Below, piece after piece: positions 62,536-64,000 of a DNA stretch of 64,000 nucleotides. The position numbers were made by a program, and so were the translations under genes. Positions within the stretch are counted from its first letter, which is position 1. Each line of letters starts with the position of its first letter. This DNA is from Mobula hypostoma (Eukaryota): assembly GCF_963921235.1 (NCBI RefSeq), contig NC_086097.1:72108001-72172000 (forward strand), written 5' to 3'. The notes beneath the pieces are model-generated. The model made no database searches, was not told where the DNA came from, and saw only the letters and a list, made by a program, of their open reading frames with translations.

Positions 62536-64000
62536 CCTCCTGATTTCTTTCTTAAGTGTTCTCTTGCTTTTCTCCATAACTACCTCATTTGCTTCTACCT
62601 GTCGATACCTGCTATGCACCTCCTCTTTTTTCTCAATCAGGGCTTCAATATCTCTTGAAAACCAAGGTTCCCTAAACATGTTATCTTTACCTTTTATTCC
62701 AACAGGCACATACAAGCTTTGTACTGTCAACATTTCACTTTTGAAGGCCTCCCATTTACAACGTACATCTTTACCGTAAACAGCCTGTCCCAATCCACGC
62801 TTGCCAGATTCTTTCTGATACCATCAAAACTGGCCTTTCTCCAATTTAGAATCTCACCCCAAGGGCCAGACCTATCCTTTTCTATATTTACTTTGAAGTT
62901 AATGGCATTATGATCACTACATTATGACTGGCATTATGTTCCCTCCTTCAACTTCGGTCACCTGCCCTGTCTCAGTCCCTAATACCAATACATGTATCAC
63001 ACACTCTCTCTCATTGGGACTTCTAGGTACTGATTAAGGAAACTTTCCTAATCACATTTGACAACCTCTATCCTATCTAGTCCTTTTACAATATGGGAGT
63101 CCCAGTCAATATGTGGAAACTTAAAATCACTTACAATGACAACATAGTGTTTCTTGCAACAGTCTGTGATCTCTCTACAAATTTGTTGCTCTAAATCATT
63201 TGGACTGTTGGGTGGTCTATAATATAGCCCTATTAATGTTGTCATATCTTTCTTATTCCTCAGCTCCACCCATAAATCCTCACTAGATGAGTTCTCCAGT
63301 CTGTTGTGACATAGCACTGCCATGACATTTTCCCTGACTAATAATGCCACCACTCCAACTTTAATTCCTCCTGCTCTGTCACATCAAAAACAATGGAACC
63401 CCAGAATACTGAGCTGCCATTCCTGCCCCTCCTGCAACCAAATCTCATGAATGGCTACGATGTCATAATTCTAGGTGCTGATCTATGACCTGAGGTCATT
63501 TGGCTTTCCAACAATATTTCTTCCATTGAAATATATGCAGCTCAGGACATTATTCACACATGCTCAACTTTTTGATTCCTGACTTTGTCTGGGGTCTTCG
63601 CAACAACTGTCTCTACAACCTCTCCACTATCTGATCTAACACTTTGATTCCTATCCCAATGCAACTGTAGTTTAACCAACCCCCCACCCCCTCCCCTGTG
63701 CAGCACTAGCAAAGCTTCCCAGTAAGATATCAGTCTCCCTCCAGTCCAGGTGCAAACAGTCTCTTCTGTACAGGTCCCACCTTCCCTGGAAGACAGCCCA
63801 ATGATCCATAAATCTGATGCCCTCCCTGCTACACCAATTCTTTCATCACATGTTAAACTGTATGATATCCCTATTTATGGCCTCATTAGCGCGTAGCACA
63901 AGCAGCAATCCTGAGACACGATGCTGGAGGTCCTGCCCTTTTAATTTAGCACCTAACTCCCTGAACTCACTTTGCAAAACTTCATCACTCTTCCTACCTA

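Larger units (their letters stand above)
58365..64000 (-). mobile_element. Long degraded CR1 LINE with two nested insertions; runs off the window end
   Basis: 3' tail CATAGAGTCATAGAA at about 58366. LQRDLDKL..AEKWQVEFNAEKCEVLHF; LGPLLFVIYVNDLD..FAEDTK; EN domain LWVELRNKK..LIGLYYRPPNS (63048..63353). Confidence 0.9.

Overview
This is eukaryotic, vertebrate, repeat-dominated non-coding DNA, probably a long intron or gene desert. The repeat inventory (CR1 LINEs, Rex1/Babar LINEs, HE1-type V-SINEs, many Penelope-like terminal repeats) suggests a cartilaginous fish, probably a ray; this is inference from recalled consensus sequences. No intact host protein-coding gene, rRNA, tRNA gene or CRISPR array is supportable. 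The recognisable long ORFs are disrupted transposon reading frames. Highlights: (1) several Penelope-like element (PLE) termini carry minimal type-I hammerhead ribozyme motifs, including a head-to-head pair forming a 98-bp hairpin flanked by a 14-bp target-site duplication (TSD); (2) an apparently full-length but disabled HERO-clade retrotransposon (RT plus restriction-like endonuclease) at 7627-11220; (3) a Tigger/pogo derivative that closely resembles the mammalian MER2 consensus (horizontal-transfer candidate); (4) five solo LTRs, four with exact TSDs, plus one LTR followed by a tRNA-Asn primer-binding site; (5) a duplicated ~200-bp unit carrying two candidate 21-nt microexons. Boundaries of old degraded repeats are approximate, and all family names come from recall, not from a database search.
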